Notes under the pieces: model-generated | What the model saw: only the letters and a program-made list of their open reading frames with translations | The model's database searches: none | What the model was told of the DNA's origin: nothing | Position numbers and translations under genes: made by a program | Shown: one piece after another, positions 8,663 through 18,644 of the stretch | How positions within the stretch are numbered: position 1 is the first letter of the stretch | Layout: each line of letters begins with the position of its first letter | Source of the DNA: Chthonomonadales bacterium | Lineage (GTDB): Bacteria; Armatimonadota; Chthonomonadetes; Chthonomonadales; Chthonomonadaceae | DNA: 53,823 bases | Direction: 5' to 3' | NCBI GenBank assembly: GCA_038217285.1 | Contig: JBBQPO010000006.1 | Span: 1-53,823, forward strand

Positions 8663-10138
8663 TTAAGGAATGGCGGCGAAGTCGATGAAGCCGCGCTCGA
8701 CATCGGTCTGGAGCAGGCGCACCCGCGTCCTGTCCCCGACGTCCAGTCCCTCTGCATGGGAGACGACGCGGCCTTCCACCGGAGGACCGAGCAGACGCAC
8801 AAACGTGCCCTTCGGCATCGCCCCGGTCACGATAGCGTCGTAGACCTGCCCGATATGCGTGTGCAGGAGATCGGCGGCGGCGACCTTGCGCATCAGACGT
8901 TCCACTTTACGCGAGGCGCTCTCGCGGACGTTACACTGGCGGGCGATCGCGGTGAGTTCGTCCGGCGTATAAGGGGCAGGTTGTTCGGCAATATAGGCTT
9001 TCAACAGGCGCTGAATAATCAGGTCGGTATAGCGGCGGTTGGGCGCAGTGGAGTGCGTATAACTGTAGGCGGCCAGCCCGAAATGCCCGTGAATGTCGGC
9101 CTCCGAACGGACCAGACAGTACTCGCCCGGCCCCAACAGTTTCACGATGGTCAGGGAGAGATCGGTGAAGTGCGCCGGATCCTGCGCTTTGCGCGCGGCC
9201 AGGAAGGCGCACAGGGCGACCGGGTCCGCTGCCGCCGGCAATCTATAACCGAACCCCTGCGCGACGGCGACGATACGCGGCCAGCGCTCCGGGGAGCGCA
9301 CCACCCGCTGCAGCGAGGGAATGCCTGCGGTGAGGAGCAGCGACGCGATGGTTGTGTTCGCCGCGATCATCAGGTTCTCGATCAGGCGCTTTGCGTCGTT
9401 TTTCTGCGGCAGATCCAGCCCGACGACGCGACCGTTCTCCACTACCGGTCGCGCCTCGATGGTGTCGAACTCCAGCGCCCCGCGTCGTGTGCGAAGGGCC
9501 TGCAGACGGTCGGCCGCCTCCTGTTGCAGGCGAAGCTGATGGTCCAGTCCGGCAAGCCCGCCTGGAACCCGAAGGCCAGGCGCTTTCGCCTCCAGCCACT
9601 CTCCTACCTCCTCGTAGGTCAACTGCGCCCGATTCCGTAGCAGCGCCCGGTAGACCGACTGTCCCACGACGTCCCCCGGCGCCGAAATCTCCATCTCCAC
9701 GACGACCGCGAGGCGGTCTTGATCCTGAAGGAGCGACGACAGATCGGTGGAGAGCGGTACCGGGAGCATCGGGAAAATGGCGACTCCGGCGTAGACCGTC
9801 GCGGTGTTGTCGAAGGCATGGCGGTCGAGGGCAGAGCCGCGGTGTACATACGCATCGACATCGGCGATACCGACACGCAGCAGGATATTGCCGTTGGGCA
9901 GACGTTCGGCCACCTCGACCTGATCCAGATCACGCGACTCCCGGTTGTCGATGGACGACCAGAGCAGGCCGCGCAGGTCACGAAATCCGGAGGCAGGGAG
10001 GGATCTGACCGAATCTGTCTCGATGGCACGTATCTCCGTCTCTGCCTGGGCGGGCAGAGACGGAACGAAGCCTTCCTCCTGCATGGCGCGGAAGGCACGG
10101 GCGCGGAGGTCGAAATGGGAGTGGGGGACAGGTTGCAT
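8663..10138 (-). CDS. RNB-domain exoribonuclease (RNase II/R family, short form)
   Basis: SIDNRESRDLDQ, IENLMIAAN, HFGLAAYSYTHSTAPNRRYTDLIIQR, C-terminal S1-like segment. Confidence 0.9.
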   Translation of the reverse strand: MQPVPHSHFDLRARAFRAMQEEGFVPSLPAQAETEIRAIETDSVRSLPASGFRDLRGLLWSSIDNRESRDLDQVEVAERLPNGNILLRVGIADVDAYVHRGSALDRHAFDNTATVYAGVAIFPMLPVPLSTDLSSLLQDQDRLAVVVEMEISAPGDVVGQSVYRALLRNRAQLTYEEVGEWLEAKAPGLRVPGGLAGLDHQLRLQQEAADRLQALRTRRGALEFDTIEARPVVENGRVVGLDLPQKNDAKRLIENLMIAANTTIASLLLTAGIPSLQRVVRSPERWPRIVAVAQGFGYRLPAAADPVALCAFLAARKAQDPAHFTDLSLTIVKLLGPGEYCLVRSEADIHGHFGLAAYSYTHSTAPNRRYTDLIIQRLLKAYIAEQPAPYTPDELTAIARQCNVRESASRKVERLMRKVAAADLLHTHIGQVYDAIVTGAMPKGTFVRLLGPPVEGRVVSHAEGLDVGDRTRVRLLQTDVERGFIDFAAIP

Positions 10139-10155
10139 CGTGGAGATGGCTCCGC

Positions 10156-10848
10156 CTATTTCTTATGATAGACGCCGGGGCCGACGGCGTAGAGTGTGGC
10201 ACGCGCATCCTTGCCGTTCTCCGGTACGAGGGTGAGAAGCGTCTTGTCCGGAGTGACAGACCAGCGCATCCGTATCGCGCCATTGTCGCCTTGCGGCGCC
10301 TGTTCGCTATCGTAGGTCACGGTGAGGAAGTCGCCGGAGATGACCCAGCGCAGTCCATACATCTTCTTGCCGTTCGTGCCGTACTCACCTGTACCGTCTG
10401 CATTGAATAGGTAGTCGGACTGGATCTTCGTCGGGATACCGTCTCCGGCCTGAACTTCGTCCGTGATCTCCCAGTGGCCCAGAAACGCCTCCGGGTCGGT
10501 AGGGGACGCGGGAGCCGGGCGGGCAGTCGGTCCGGAGGCGGGGGAGGTGGCCGCGACATGGTTGTCCGGGGGCGCTTCGACGGGGGCCACCGGAGCGACC
10601 GGAGGCGCGATAACGGGCGGCGCGAGCGGTTTGATGGGCACGACAACCGCCTGCTGGGCGGGCGGTAACTCGATACCGAGTATGCGCTGCATCCAGTCGG
10701 GGCCGGTAAGGGCGCGTTTCGTCGCGGAAACCCCGCCGTAGAATCCTACGCCCAACAGGACGACACACGTAAACAGAAAAAATTTCACGCGGCTTCTGCC
10801 CCCCGAGGGGCGCGACTTACCGGCGGGCAACGAACCTGAAACAGCCAT
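10156..10848 (-). CDS. Hypothetical single-pass membrane protein with Pro-rich linker and beta-rich C-terminal domain
   Basis: TM helix FFLFTCVVLLGVGFYGGV; PPVAPVAP linker; GGAG RBS upstream. Confidence 0.65.
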   Translation of the reverse strand: MAVSGSLPAGKSRPSGGRSRVKFFLFTCVVLLGVGFYGGVSATKRALTGPDWMQRILGIELPPAQQAVVVPIKPLAPPVIAPPVAPVAPVEAPPDNHVAATSPASGPTARPAPASPTDPEAFLGHWEITDEVQAGDGIPTKIQSDYLFNADGTGEYGTNGKKMYGLRWVISGDFLTVTYDSEQAPQGDNGAIRMRWSVTPDKTLLTLVPENGKDARATLYAVGPGVYHKK

Positions 10849-10994
10849 CAAAGATCTCCTCTCGCCACCGTCGTGTGCGGGATTATGCAGTCGATACGAC
10901 GCGGCGGCCTTATCTCTCTCTACGGACGCCGGGCGCGACTGTATTCATCAAGTTGAATCGCGACAGAGAAAGGCGGGCCGCCACATGGGACGGG

Positions 10995-12974
10995 TCAGCG
11001 AAGCGTCAGGCGAATAGCGTCCAGGATCTCCGTCAGGTCGGGCAGAACCGCGTACTCCAGGTCGGGATGGAAAGGCACGTTCACATCGGCGCGGGCGACG
11101 AGCTGGGGCAGGGCGAGCAGCGAGTTGAAGCTCGCCTCGTGCGTGACCATTTCGGCGATCAGGCTCTGACCGAAGCCTGTGGTACGGCTGTCTTCGTGTA
11201 CGACGACCAGTCGCCCTGTGCGGGCCAGCGACGCGGCGACGGTAGCGTAGTCGCAGGGAACGATGCTGCGGAGGTCGATCACTTCAACTCCGATACCCTC
11301 CTCCTCCATCGTCTCGGCGGCCTTCGCCGCTAGCTCCAGGCAGTTGCCCCATGAAACCAGGGTGACGTCGTCGCCGTGGCGTAAGGTCTTCGCGAGACCA
11401 AAGGGAATCGGCTCGAAAGGTCCGTTCGCCATCTGGCGCTTGCGGAAGATATGCTTGGGCAGTAGGATCAGCGTCGGGTCATCGGTATGGATCGCCGTCC
11501 AGAGCAGCCCTGCCGCATCTTCCGGTGTGCTGGGAATGACCGTCCGTACGCCAGGGATATGCGCCCACATACCCTCGTTGCTCGCGCTGTGCCAGATCCC
11601 ACCGCCCGGCAGATAGGCGCCATAGGGGGCCAGGATCACCAGAGGACACTGCCACTGGCCGCAAGTACGCCAGCGCAGAGAAGCGGCCTGCGTTATCAAC
11701 TGGTTGAGGGCCGGACAGAGAAAGTCGATGAACTGCATCTCGATGATCGGTCGCCACCCTGCGCTCGCCAGACCCACGGCCGCGCCAAGAATGGTGGCTT
11801 CTGCGAGCGGCGCGTTGAAGACACGTTCGGGGTAGAGGCGGGAGAGGCCCTTGGTCAGTCCGAATACGCCGCCTTTCGGGTCGGCGATATCCTCTCCGAA
11901 GAGGATCGTCCGGGGGTTTTCCGCGCAGGCTAGTTGAAGGGTGCGGTTGATGGCGGCGACCATCGTGGTCGGTTCCGAAAAGGTGAGCGGCAGGGGGCAG
12001 ACGGGGGTCGGCTGCGCGGTGAGATGTTCCAGTACCAGTGCGGGATCGGGAGGCGCGGCCGCCTCGGCGCGGCGATAGTCGGCGTCTACCTGTTCCGCAA
12101 TCGCGGCCAACTCCTGCTGCCACGCGGCAGGCTGCAGCTCGCCGGTTTCGAAGAGTTGCTGCGCCAGAGTCTCCAGCGGATCCTGCTGCTTTTCAAAGGC
12201 GATCTCGTCACTGTCTCGATAGAGCCGATGATCGTCGCTGCTAGTGTGCGAGCAGAGCCGATCCAACTCGCACCAGAGCACCGTCGGACCCTCGCCCCGA
12301 CGCGCCCGGGCGACAGCCTGCTGTCCGGCCCGATAGAGCGCATACGGGTCGCGGGCATCGACGCGAACCAGAGTCTCTTCCCCCAATACCCCGAGTCGAT
12401 AGGGCATCATGTGATCCGTCGGGGTGCTGATTCCGTACCGGTTGTCTTCGATGACGAAGAGGACGGGCAGTTTTTCCTGGACGGCAAAGGCGACGGCCTC
12501 GTAAAACTCGCCCTGCCGCGTCGCCGCGTCCCCGACGGTCGTCACGACGACCTGATCGGTGCGAGCGAGTCGGGCCGCCCAGGCGGCGCCTGTCGCAGGC
12601 AGACACTGCGCGGCGGTCGGGGTGGCGACGGAGAAGATGTTGAGCGCGCGATCGCTGTAGTGGCCCGGCATCTGACGGCCGCCGCTGCTGCTCTCCCGGC
12701 GCGCGAAGTAGGCCAGCGCCATTTCGTAGTTCGTCGTGCCCTTTGCCAGAGCCAGGGCGCGGTCGCGGTAGTAGGGAAAGAGGTAGTCGTCGGGTCGGAG
12801 GGCCATGACGAGCGCGGCAAGCGACTCGTGCCCGGTACCGGAAACCTGAAACCAGCCTTTGCCTTGGCGCATCAGGATGCCTTCACGGCGATCTCCTTCG
12901 CGGGCCAGGGCCATCAGTCGCAGCAGGGGCAGCGCGGGCAACAGTGCCTCGCCCGCCGCTGTCGGTGTAGTCAT
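10995..12974 (-). CDS. 2-oxoacid dehydrogenase E1, fused alpha/beta subunits (ThDP-dependent)
   Basis: PYYRD, GDAATRQGEFYEA...EDN ThDP motif, HTSSDD loop; beta-part FGEDI, GGVFGLTKGL, PLAEATI, EMQFIDF, EVIDLRSI. Confidence 0.92.
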   Translation of the reverse strand: MTTPTAAGEALLPALPLLRLMALAREGDRREGILMRQGKGWFQVSGTGHESLAALVMALRPDDYLFPYYRDRALALAKGTTNYEMALAYFARRESSSGGRQMPGHYSDRALNIFSVATPTAAQCLPATGAAWAARLARTDQVVVTTVGDAATRQGEFYEAVAFAVQEKLPVLFVIEDNRYGISTPTDHMMPYRLGVLGEETLVRVDARDPYALYRAGQQAVARARRGEGPTVLWCELDRLCSHTSSDDHRLYRDSDEIAFEKQQDPLETLAQQLFETGELQPAAWQQELAAIAEQVDADYRRAEAAAPPDPALVLEHLTAQPTPVCPLPLTFSEPTTMVAAINRTLQLACAENPRTILFGEDIADPKGGVFGLTKGLSRLYPERVFNAPLAEATILGAAVGLASAGWRPIIEMQFIDFLCPALNQLITQAASLRWRTCGQWQCPLVILAPYGAYLPGGGIWHSASNEGMWAHIPGVRTVIPSTPEDAAGLLWTAIHTDDPTLILLPKHIFRKRQMANGPFEPIPFGLAKTLRHGDDVTLVSWGNCLELAAKAAETMEEEGIGVEVIDLRSIVPCDYATVAASLARTGRLVVVHEDSRTTGFGQSLIAEMVTHEASFNSLLALPQLVARADVNVPFHPDLEYAVLPDLTEILDAIRLTLR

Positions 12975-13099
12975 AACGCAATCCTTCGTGGTCTGTTTTC
13001 CTCCGGTTTTCCTCCCCATGTGTCAGGAAACCCGTACCAGCCTGTCTGCCGCCGAGAGGCAGCCTCCGCAGTCAGGCATCGCAATCCGCGTACGGCTCT

Positions 13100-13942
13100 C
13101 TATTCGGGAAAGAGGACGCGCTCTCCTGCCCGGCCTACCCAGGAGTTCACGCCGGGGTATTTGGCGGCCAGGTAATCGACGAACAGCGCCGGGTCTTCCT
13201 GGTTGCCGAGAAACATATCCCAGTGGGCCGCTACGGCAAGACCTGGGCGCAACTCGCCTGCCAGTTCCGCCGACTCCTGGTAGGTCAGGTTGCCTGCGCA
13301 GTTGCGGCGATAGCGCTCTGCGTCGCGCCCGTTGATCGGCAGGAACATCGCGTCGAAATGCTTCCACTGCGCCAGCGTGGTCAGGTGCCCTTCGTAGGGA
13401 ATCGTGTCTCCGGCGTGATAGAGGGTCACACCGTTCGTCTCCACGACGTAGCCGAGATAGGGAAAGCCCAGAGTGGGGTGCTCGTCGAAATGCTCATGTT
13501 TGGATTTGATCGCCGTGATGCGTATGCCGTCGCACTCGATTGTCTCCCCGGCGTTGATGGGGAGTACGCGTTCGGCGGCGAGGCCGCATTCGCCAGTAAG
13601 GCGCTCCGTCTCTGTACGCGGGCAGACGAATAGGGCGCCAGGCGAGGCCTGCGCCAGGGCGGGCAGCGTTTCCGGGCAGAGATGGTCGCCGTGGCCGTGA
13701 GAAATGAGGGCCAGATCGGCCAGACGGCACTCCTGCGGCATCAGCAGGGCGGGCGTTTGGCGCGAACTCCAGTCTGCAAACCAGGGATCGAAATAGATCA
13801 CCTTCGCCCCCGCTTTGACGAGAAAGGTATGCTGCCCCATCCACCAGAAGGCGGCCTTCCCAAAAGGCGTCTGAGTCGCCTCGATCTCCTCCAGCAGCGC
13901 CGCATGGCTCTTCGCAATTTCCACCTTCGGAACGGTCTTCAT
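13100..13942 (-). CDS. MBL-fold metallo-hydrolase (UlaG-like)
   Basis: SHGHGDHL, YHAGDT, LPING, AHWDMF motifs; GAGGAG RBS. Confidence 0.88.
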   Translation of the reverse strand: MKTVPKVEIAKSHAALLEEIEATQTPFGKAAFWWMGQHTFLVKAGAKVIYFDPWFADWSSRQTPALLMPQECRLADLALISHGHGDHLCPETLPALAQASPGALFVCPRTETERLTGECGLAAERVLPINAGETIECDGIRITAIKSKHEHFDEHPTLGFPYLGYVVETNGVTLYHAGDTIPYEGHLTTLAQWKHFDAMFLPINGRDAERYRRNCAGNLTYQESAELAGELRPGLAVAAHWDMFLGNQEDPALFVDYLAAKYPGVNSWVGRAGERVLFPE

Positions 13943-14001
13943 CTCTCTCCTCATCGTCGATTATGGCCGTGATCGGTAGCCTGCTGACTCTGCGCGGGAT
14001 C

Positions 14002-14967
14002 TCAGTGGTCGGTATAGTGGCTGAACAACTCGCTGACGGAGTTGTCTTCATGGATGCGGCCAATGGCGTTCGCAAGCAGAGGCGCGACGGAGATGACCTT
14101 GATCTTCGGATGGCGTTTCGAGTCCGGTAAAGGGATCGTGTCCGTCACTACAAGCGAGCGCAGCGGCGAGCAGTCGATCCGGTTGATGGCTGTGCCGGAG
14201 AGGATACCGTGAGTGCAGCAGGCGTGTACGGCGGTCGCGCCCCGGTCCATCAGCGCCTCGGCGCCCTGCACGATGCTGCCCCCGGTGTCGATCATGTCGT
14301 CCACCATGACGCAGACCTTGCCCGACACGTTGCCGATGATCTCCATGATCTCGACCTGGTTGGGCTGCGGTCGGCGTTTGGCGATGATCGCGATGGGGGT
14401 TTTTAGATGCTCCGCCAGTGCGCGGGCCCGGGCCACGCCGCCGACATCAGGCGAAACGACGACGGTGTTGCCGTCGTACAGCCCTTCGGTTTTGAGATGC
14501 TCGGCGATCAGTGGTCCGGCGTAGAGATGGTCGACGGGCAGGTCGAAGAACCCCTGAATCTGTCCGGCATGGAGATCGAGGCAGAGAACGCGGCTGGCCC
14601 CTGCCTGCGTGATCAGGTTCGCGACAAGGCGGGCCGTCACAGGCTCGCGGGGCTTGATCTTCTTGTCCTGGCGGGCATAGCCGTAGTAGGGGAGAACCAC
14701 AGTGATGCGGCGGGCGGAGGCGCGGCGGAACGCATCGATCATGATGAGCAGTTCCATCAGATTGTCGTTGACAGGCGAGCAGGTGGGCTGGATCAGAAAG
14801 ATATCCTGTCCCCGGGCGCTCTCCTCGATCTTGACGAAGATCTCCCCATCGGCAAACTGCTTGACGCAGATCTCGCCGAGAGGCGTGTTAAGTTCCGCAG
14901 CGATATTCGCTGCGAGGGCCGGATTTGCGTTACCGGTGAAGATTCGCAGGCCGTGATCTCCTCCCAT
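14002..14967 (-). CDS. prs: Ribose-phosphate pyrophosphokinase
   Basis: FADGE, PYYGYARQDKK, DLHAGQIQGFF, VSPDVGG, VDDMIDTGGS. Confidence 0.97.
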   Translation of the reverse strand: MGGDHGLRIFTGNANPALAANIAAELNTPLGEICVKQFADGEIFVKIEESARGQDIFLIQPTCSPVNDNLMELLIMIDAFRRASARRITVVLPYYGYARQDKKIKPREPVTARLVANLITQAGASRVLCLDLHAGQIQGFFDLPVDHLYAGPLIAEHLKTEGLYDGNTVVVSPDVGGVARARALAEHLKTPIAIIAKRRPQPNQVEIMEIIGNVSGKVCVMVDDMIDTGGSIVQGAEALMDRGATAVHACCTHGILSGTAINRIDCSPLRSLVVTDTIPLPDSKRHPKIKVISVAPLLANAIGRIHEDNSVSELFSHYTDH

Positions 14968-15061
14968 CGGTTTTCTCCTTACATCACCCAGGGGATGTGC
15001 GCGCACCGGGGTGCACGCCCTGTCGGCAATACTGACGACGGTGGGGCAGTCTAAATGCTGC

Positions 15062-16552
15062 CTAAGATTTTGCTGACGATGAGACTATTTGCGCCTGTTG
15101 CGCACGATTGCGAGCCGCCCAACCTTCCTTGATAGTGGGCTGCGGGCGAGAGATGAGAAGCGCGTCGTCCGGGACGTCGCTCGGGACAGAAGAGGCCGCG
15201 GCCACGAAGGCGCCGTCGCCGATGGTGACCGGGGCGATCAGGGTCGAGTTAGAGCCAATGAAGGCGTTTTTGCCGATGATAGTACGGTGTTTGCGGTAGC
15301 CGTCGTAGTTGCAGGTGACCGTGCCCGCGCCGATGTTGGTTCCGGCCCCAACCTCGGCATCCCCGATGTAGGCGAGGTGCGACGCCTGCGCGCCTGCTCC
15401 GAAAACCGCGTTCTTGGTCTCGACGAAATCGCCGATCTTGACGCCCGGTCCCAGATGGGTGCCGGGGCGCAGGTTGGCGAACGGGCCGACTTTGACGCCG
15501 TCTGCCAGTGTGCTGCCGACGACCTGGGAGGCCACGACCCGGACACCATTGCCAAGGGTGCTCTGTTCGATACGAGTCAGCGGGCCGATGTTACACTCCT
15601 GGCCGATTCGCGTACCGCGATAGAGGAACGTGTTGGGTTCGAGGACCGTGTCCTGACCTACTTCGACATCGACCTCGACATAGGTATTGGCCGGGTCGGT
15701 GACGGTGACGCCCGCCAGCATGAGGGTGCGGAGCAAGCGACCGCGCAGGATCGTCGCGGCTTGCGCCAGCTCGACCCGGTTGTTGACGCCGAGCGCGTCC
15801 TGTGCGTCCGCCAGAAGCAGCCCTTCGATCTTCCCCTGTCGCGCGGCCAGAAGGCCGATCGTGTCCGTCAGGTAGAACTCTCCTGTGAGAGGGTTGCGCT
15901 CGACCTGATCGAGAGAAGACCAGAGCGCTCCGGCCTCAAAGGCATAGATGGAAGGGTTCCACTCCCGGATCGCCTGCTGGGCCGGGGTGGCGTTTTTCTG
16001 CTCTACGATACCCACCACCTGCCCATCGGCGTTGCGCAGGATGCGCCCGTATCCGGTCGGATCCTCCAGGGTGGCGGTCAGCAGCGCGGCGACGGCGTCC
16101 GAACGCTGTTGAAGCTGGATCAGTTCCCGCAGCGATTCCGGGGCGAGCAGCGGCACATCGCCCGCCAGCGCCAGAATAGTGCCGTTCCAATCGTGCAGCA
16201 GCGCGTGCGCGGAGCGAACCGCGTCTCCCGTGCCCTGCTGATTAGCCTGATAGGCGTACTCGACATCCTCGCCCAGACCGGCCCGCACCACGTCGGCCGC
16301 ATGCCCGATCACGACCACGATGCGCCCGACACCTGCCGCGCGGCAAGCCCGGATGACATGCGCGGTCATCGGAAGGCCGCAGAGCGGGTGCAGCATCTTC
16401 GGCAGGCGCGACTGCATTCGGGTCGATCTGCCGGCCGCCAGAATGATCGCGGCGACAGCCGACGTGCCTCCCTCCGTGGGAAGAGGCGCGGTGGAAACAT
16501 GCGAATCGGGTGGAGCAGGCGGTATTGCGGCTGCTTTCAAATCTTCGGGCAT
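15062..16552 (-). CDS. glmU: Bifunctional UDP-GlcNAc pyrophosphorylase / glucosamine-1-P N-acetyltransferase
   Basis: ILAAGRSTRM, GYGRILR, EFYLTD, GVNNRVEL, hexapeptide repeats, HLAYIGDA, NYDG; glmU-prs gene order. Confidence 0.97.
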   Translation of the reverse strand: MPEDLKAAAIPPAPPDSHVSTAPLPTEGGTSAVAAIILAAGRSTRMQSRLPKMLHPLCGLPMTAHVIRACRAAGVGRIVVVIGHAADVVRAGLGEDVEYAYQANQQGTGDAVRSAHALLHDWNGTILALAGDVPLLAPESLRELIQLQQRSDAVAALLTATLEDPTGYGRILRNADGQVVGIVEQKNATPAQQAIREWNPSIYAFEAGALWSSLDQVERNPLTGEFYLTDTIGLLAARQGKIEGLLLADAQDALGVNNRVELAQAATILRGRLLRTLMLAGVTVTDPANTYVEVDVEVGQDTVLEPNTFLYRGTRIGQECNIGPLTRIEQSTLGNGVRVVASQVVGSTLADGVKVGPFANLRPGTHLGPGVKIGDFVETKNAVFGAGAQASHLAYIGDAEVGAGTNIGAGTVTCNYDGYRKHRTIIGKNAFIGSNSTLIAPVTIGDGAFVAAASSVPSDVPDDALLISRPQPTIKEGWAARNRAQQAQIVSSSAKS

Positions 16553-16574
16553 TATGATGTAACTCCGGTACTCT

Positions 16575-16603
16575 ATTATAGGAGGAGTCAGGAACCGTGT
16601 CAA
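16575..16603 (-). promoter_or_regulatory. Perfect-consensus sigma70 promoter for glmU-prs
   Basis: Minus strand TTGACA (16603-16598), 17 nt spacer, TATAAT (16580-16575). Confidence 0.85.
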
Positions 16604-16698
16604 GGAGTTTTTTGAGGGACGGTCGTGTTTGGGACAGTGAAACGCCCCGGACGCGAGGTCACGTCACGGGGCGGCAGGATGGGAGACAGGGCCACCAT

Positions 16699-17235
16699 TT
16701 AGAGCGATGGCGAGCCCTTCGCCTCATGGTAGCTGTCCAGAGCGGAGCGGGTCAGCATCAGGTCGGTGATCCCGTCCGAAGCGTTGATGAACGCCTCGAT
16801 GCTCTCGGCCGCAAAGAGCGCCTGGAACGGATCGCATAGCTCCGGAACGCCTGCCTCCACCCAGTACGGGCGAAGCTGGGAGCGCACCTTGCGGTAGTGC
16901 GAACACATCCACCGGCGAAGCTCGGTATAGCGGGCGTCGCGGTCGGGATGGAGACCCTCTTGCGCCGTCCAGCAGAGGAGGTCTACAAGCTCCTCGTACT
17001 GTGCCTCAAAGGCAAGGAGATCCTGCTGCCGGCGAGCGTCCGACCGTGCCTGCAGACTCCAGCGCGTGGAGTACCGCACCGTGAGCCCGTGCCAGCAGAC
17101 GACCGGAAACCGCACTGTGCGGAGAGTGAGGACGCGTAGGCTGCCGGACTGCCTTTGAAAGTAAGAACAGGCGGCCTGCCAATGTTGATTTAGACGTGGG
17201 AATAGTGCCGGCGGCAGCTCCAAACGGATTGCCAT
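16699..17235 (-). CDS. Hypothetical protein
   Basis: 178 aa ORF with AAGGAG RBS; fills the intergenic space; no recognised motif. Confidence 0.6.
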   Translation of the reverse strand: MAIRLELPPALFPRLNQHWQAACSYFQRQSGSLRVLTLRTVRFPVVCWHGLTVRYSTRWSLQARSDARRQQDLLAFEAQYEELVDLLCWTAQEGLHPDRDARYTELRRWMCSHYRKVRSQLRPYWVEAGVPELCDPFQALFAAESIEAFINASDGITDLMLTRSALDSYHEAKGSPSL

Positions 17236-17390
17236 GTCTCTCTCCTTCGCTTCGGTTCAAAAGGTATCGGCGGCTTAAAAGCCGCTCTCTTGGGCCACGG
17301 GGCAGTTCGCTCGGGCCATTTTTCCAATCGGGAGGCTCTTCTCATTCAAGGCGCTGAATAAGTGTTGGAGGCCAGCGCGGGCCTGTGGAA

Positions 17391-17882
17391 TCATGAGGTC
17401 TGTTGTTTGGCTACATACGTCAAACGGAGGTCGTTCAATCGGCGCAGCATTTCACGATGCTCAGCGGCGTCCAGGGTCGGCTCAGCTCGGCTAAGACAGA
17501 ACTGAACGGCATCGATCGCGGCTTTGGCCGCATCCATATTCGGGCTGAGTTCACCCGTCTGCGTATCCGCGATGAGTCCAAGGGCGCGACGCGCCTGGCT
17601 GTCGAAGGCGGGAGCGAGCAGGCCCAGAAGCTCCTGGGGAGACGTCTGCATGGCCGCCATCGCGATGAGCAGCGCAGGGTCCGGCATGCCAAAAGGGTCT
17701 TCACCCATGTCCAGATCCGCGCCCTCTGAAGAGCTCGAAGCGGTCGATGGCGCCGCCTCCGGGACGTTGACTACCGGGGTGGCTGCGGGAGCCGTCGGCG
17801 CGTCAGACGGGGAACTCTCTTCTCCCTGAGCGGTCTGGCGACGATCAACGACTGTGAAATCCGGTTTTTCTTGATCCGTCAT
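17391..17882 (-). CDS. DUF1844 domain protein
   Basis: FTVVDRR N-terminus, acidic linker, ALGLIAD..TGE...AKAAID...L...E...L...LNDLRLTYV pattern. Confidence 0.75.
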   Translation of the reverse strand: MTDQEKPDFTVVDRRQTAQGEESSPSDAPTAPAATPVVNVPEAAPSTASSSSEGADLDMGEDPFGMPDPALLIAMAAMQTSPQELLGLLAPAFDSQARRALGLIADTQTGELSPNMDAAKAAIDAVQFCLSRAEPTLDAAEHREMLRRLNDLRLTYVAKQQTS

Positions 17883-18135
17883 CGTGGAAGTTTCCTGCTT
17901 GTCAGTGTCTGGGATAGATCGTTGGGGCTGCAAAAAAGAGACGGCGATTTCGCCTGCTTCCCTGCTGGCTGGATAGGTTCAAAGTATAGCATAGTACGTC
18001 GGGAAAAGCAATCCATTTCGGCGGTATTTTTTCAGTTTTTTGCGCCCGCTCCACCGCAGAAAACGAGGCAAAGGTCAGGCCAAAAAAATGGCATCGACCT
18101 CCTCTGTCTCTCCCGGTAAGAACGGGGCTTTTGGC

Positions 18136-18165
18136 TTGACAGATCCCCGCACCTTCTGGCATAAT
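18136..18165 (+). promoter_or_regulatory. sigma70 promoter of tRNA-Thr
   Basis: TTGACA, 18 nt spacer, CATAAT with TG extension. Confidence 0.7.
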
Positions 18166-18188
18166 ATTTCCATCACAGGCCCATTCAC

Positions 18189-18260
18189 GCCGACATAGCT
18201 CAGTGGTAGAGCAGCTGTTTCGTAAACAGCAGGTCTCCAGTTCGAATCTGGATGTCGGCT
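18189..18260 (+). tRNA. tRNA-Thr (anticodon CGT), CCA not encoded
   Basis: GCCGACA/TGTCGGC acceptor stem, D arm GCTC-AGTGGTA-GAGC, anticodon arm GCTGT-TTCGTAA-ACAGC, T arm TCCAG-TTCGAAT-CTGGA. Confidence 0.97.
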
Positions 18261-18264
18261 TGTA

Positions 18265-18297
18265 ATAGCCCTGATCTCAATTTGAGATCAGGGCTAT
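18265..18297 (+). terminator. Terminator hairpin after tRNA
   Basis: ATAGCCCTGATCTCA-ATT-TGAGATCAGGGCTAT perfect stem. Confidence 0.75.
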
Positions 18298-18644
18298 GTT
18301 CATAAATCGGTCGCGGTTGTTTAGATGCCATCTGTTTGTGATCGCTGCTCGGAAGCTGGATCCGATGCACTACTCCCTATGACATGACCGTAGACAGACC
18401 GCTTTTTTAAAATATTTCCAAAGAATGGAGGAATTTGATAAGTGCCATCGAATATAAAAGATGTAGGGAAGGTATGGCGAAGAGACCCTCCGTAGCCTTC
18501 ACAAATAGGAGAGAAGCGCATATTAAGATATTGCAGGAATTGCCCGCTACTCGCCTTTCAGGTGGTTCCCGATCTTAAGATGTGCCGTCGAGTTGTACAG
18601 TCCTACGATTCAAAGACGCAGGTCCATGCGAAAGGATAACCCTT

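Noticed and set aside
10995-12974. Fused E1 alpha/beta without adjacent E2/E3 as a novelty
   Set aside because: Such fusions are well known in several bacterial phyla.
16553-16603. Longer glmU start at TTG 16603
   Set aside because: That TTG is the -35 box of a perfect promoter; translation must start downstream.
18321-18521. 66-aa minus-strand ORF after the tRNA
   Set aside because: No RBS or recognisable motif; could be a decayed fragment but cannot be supported.
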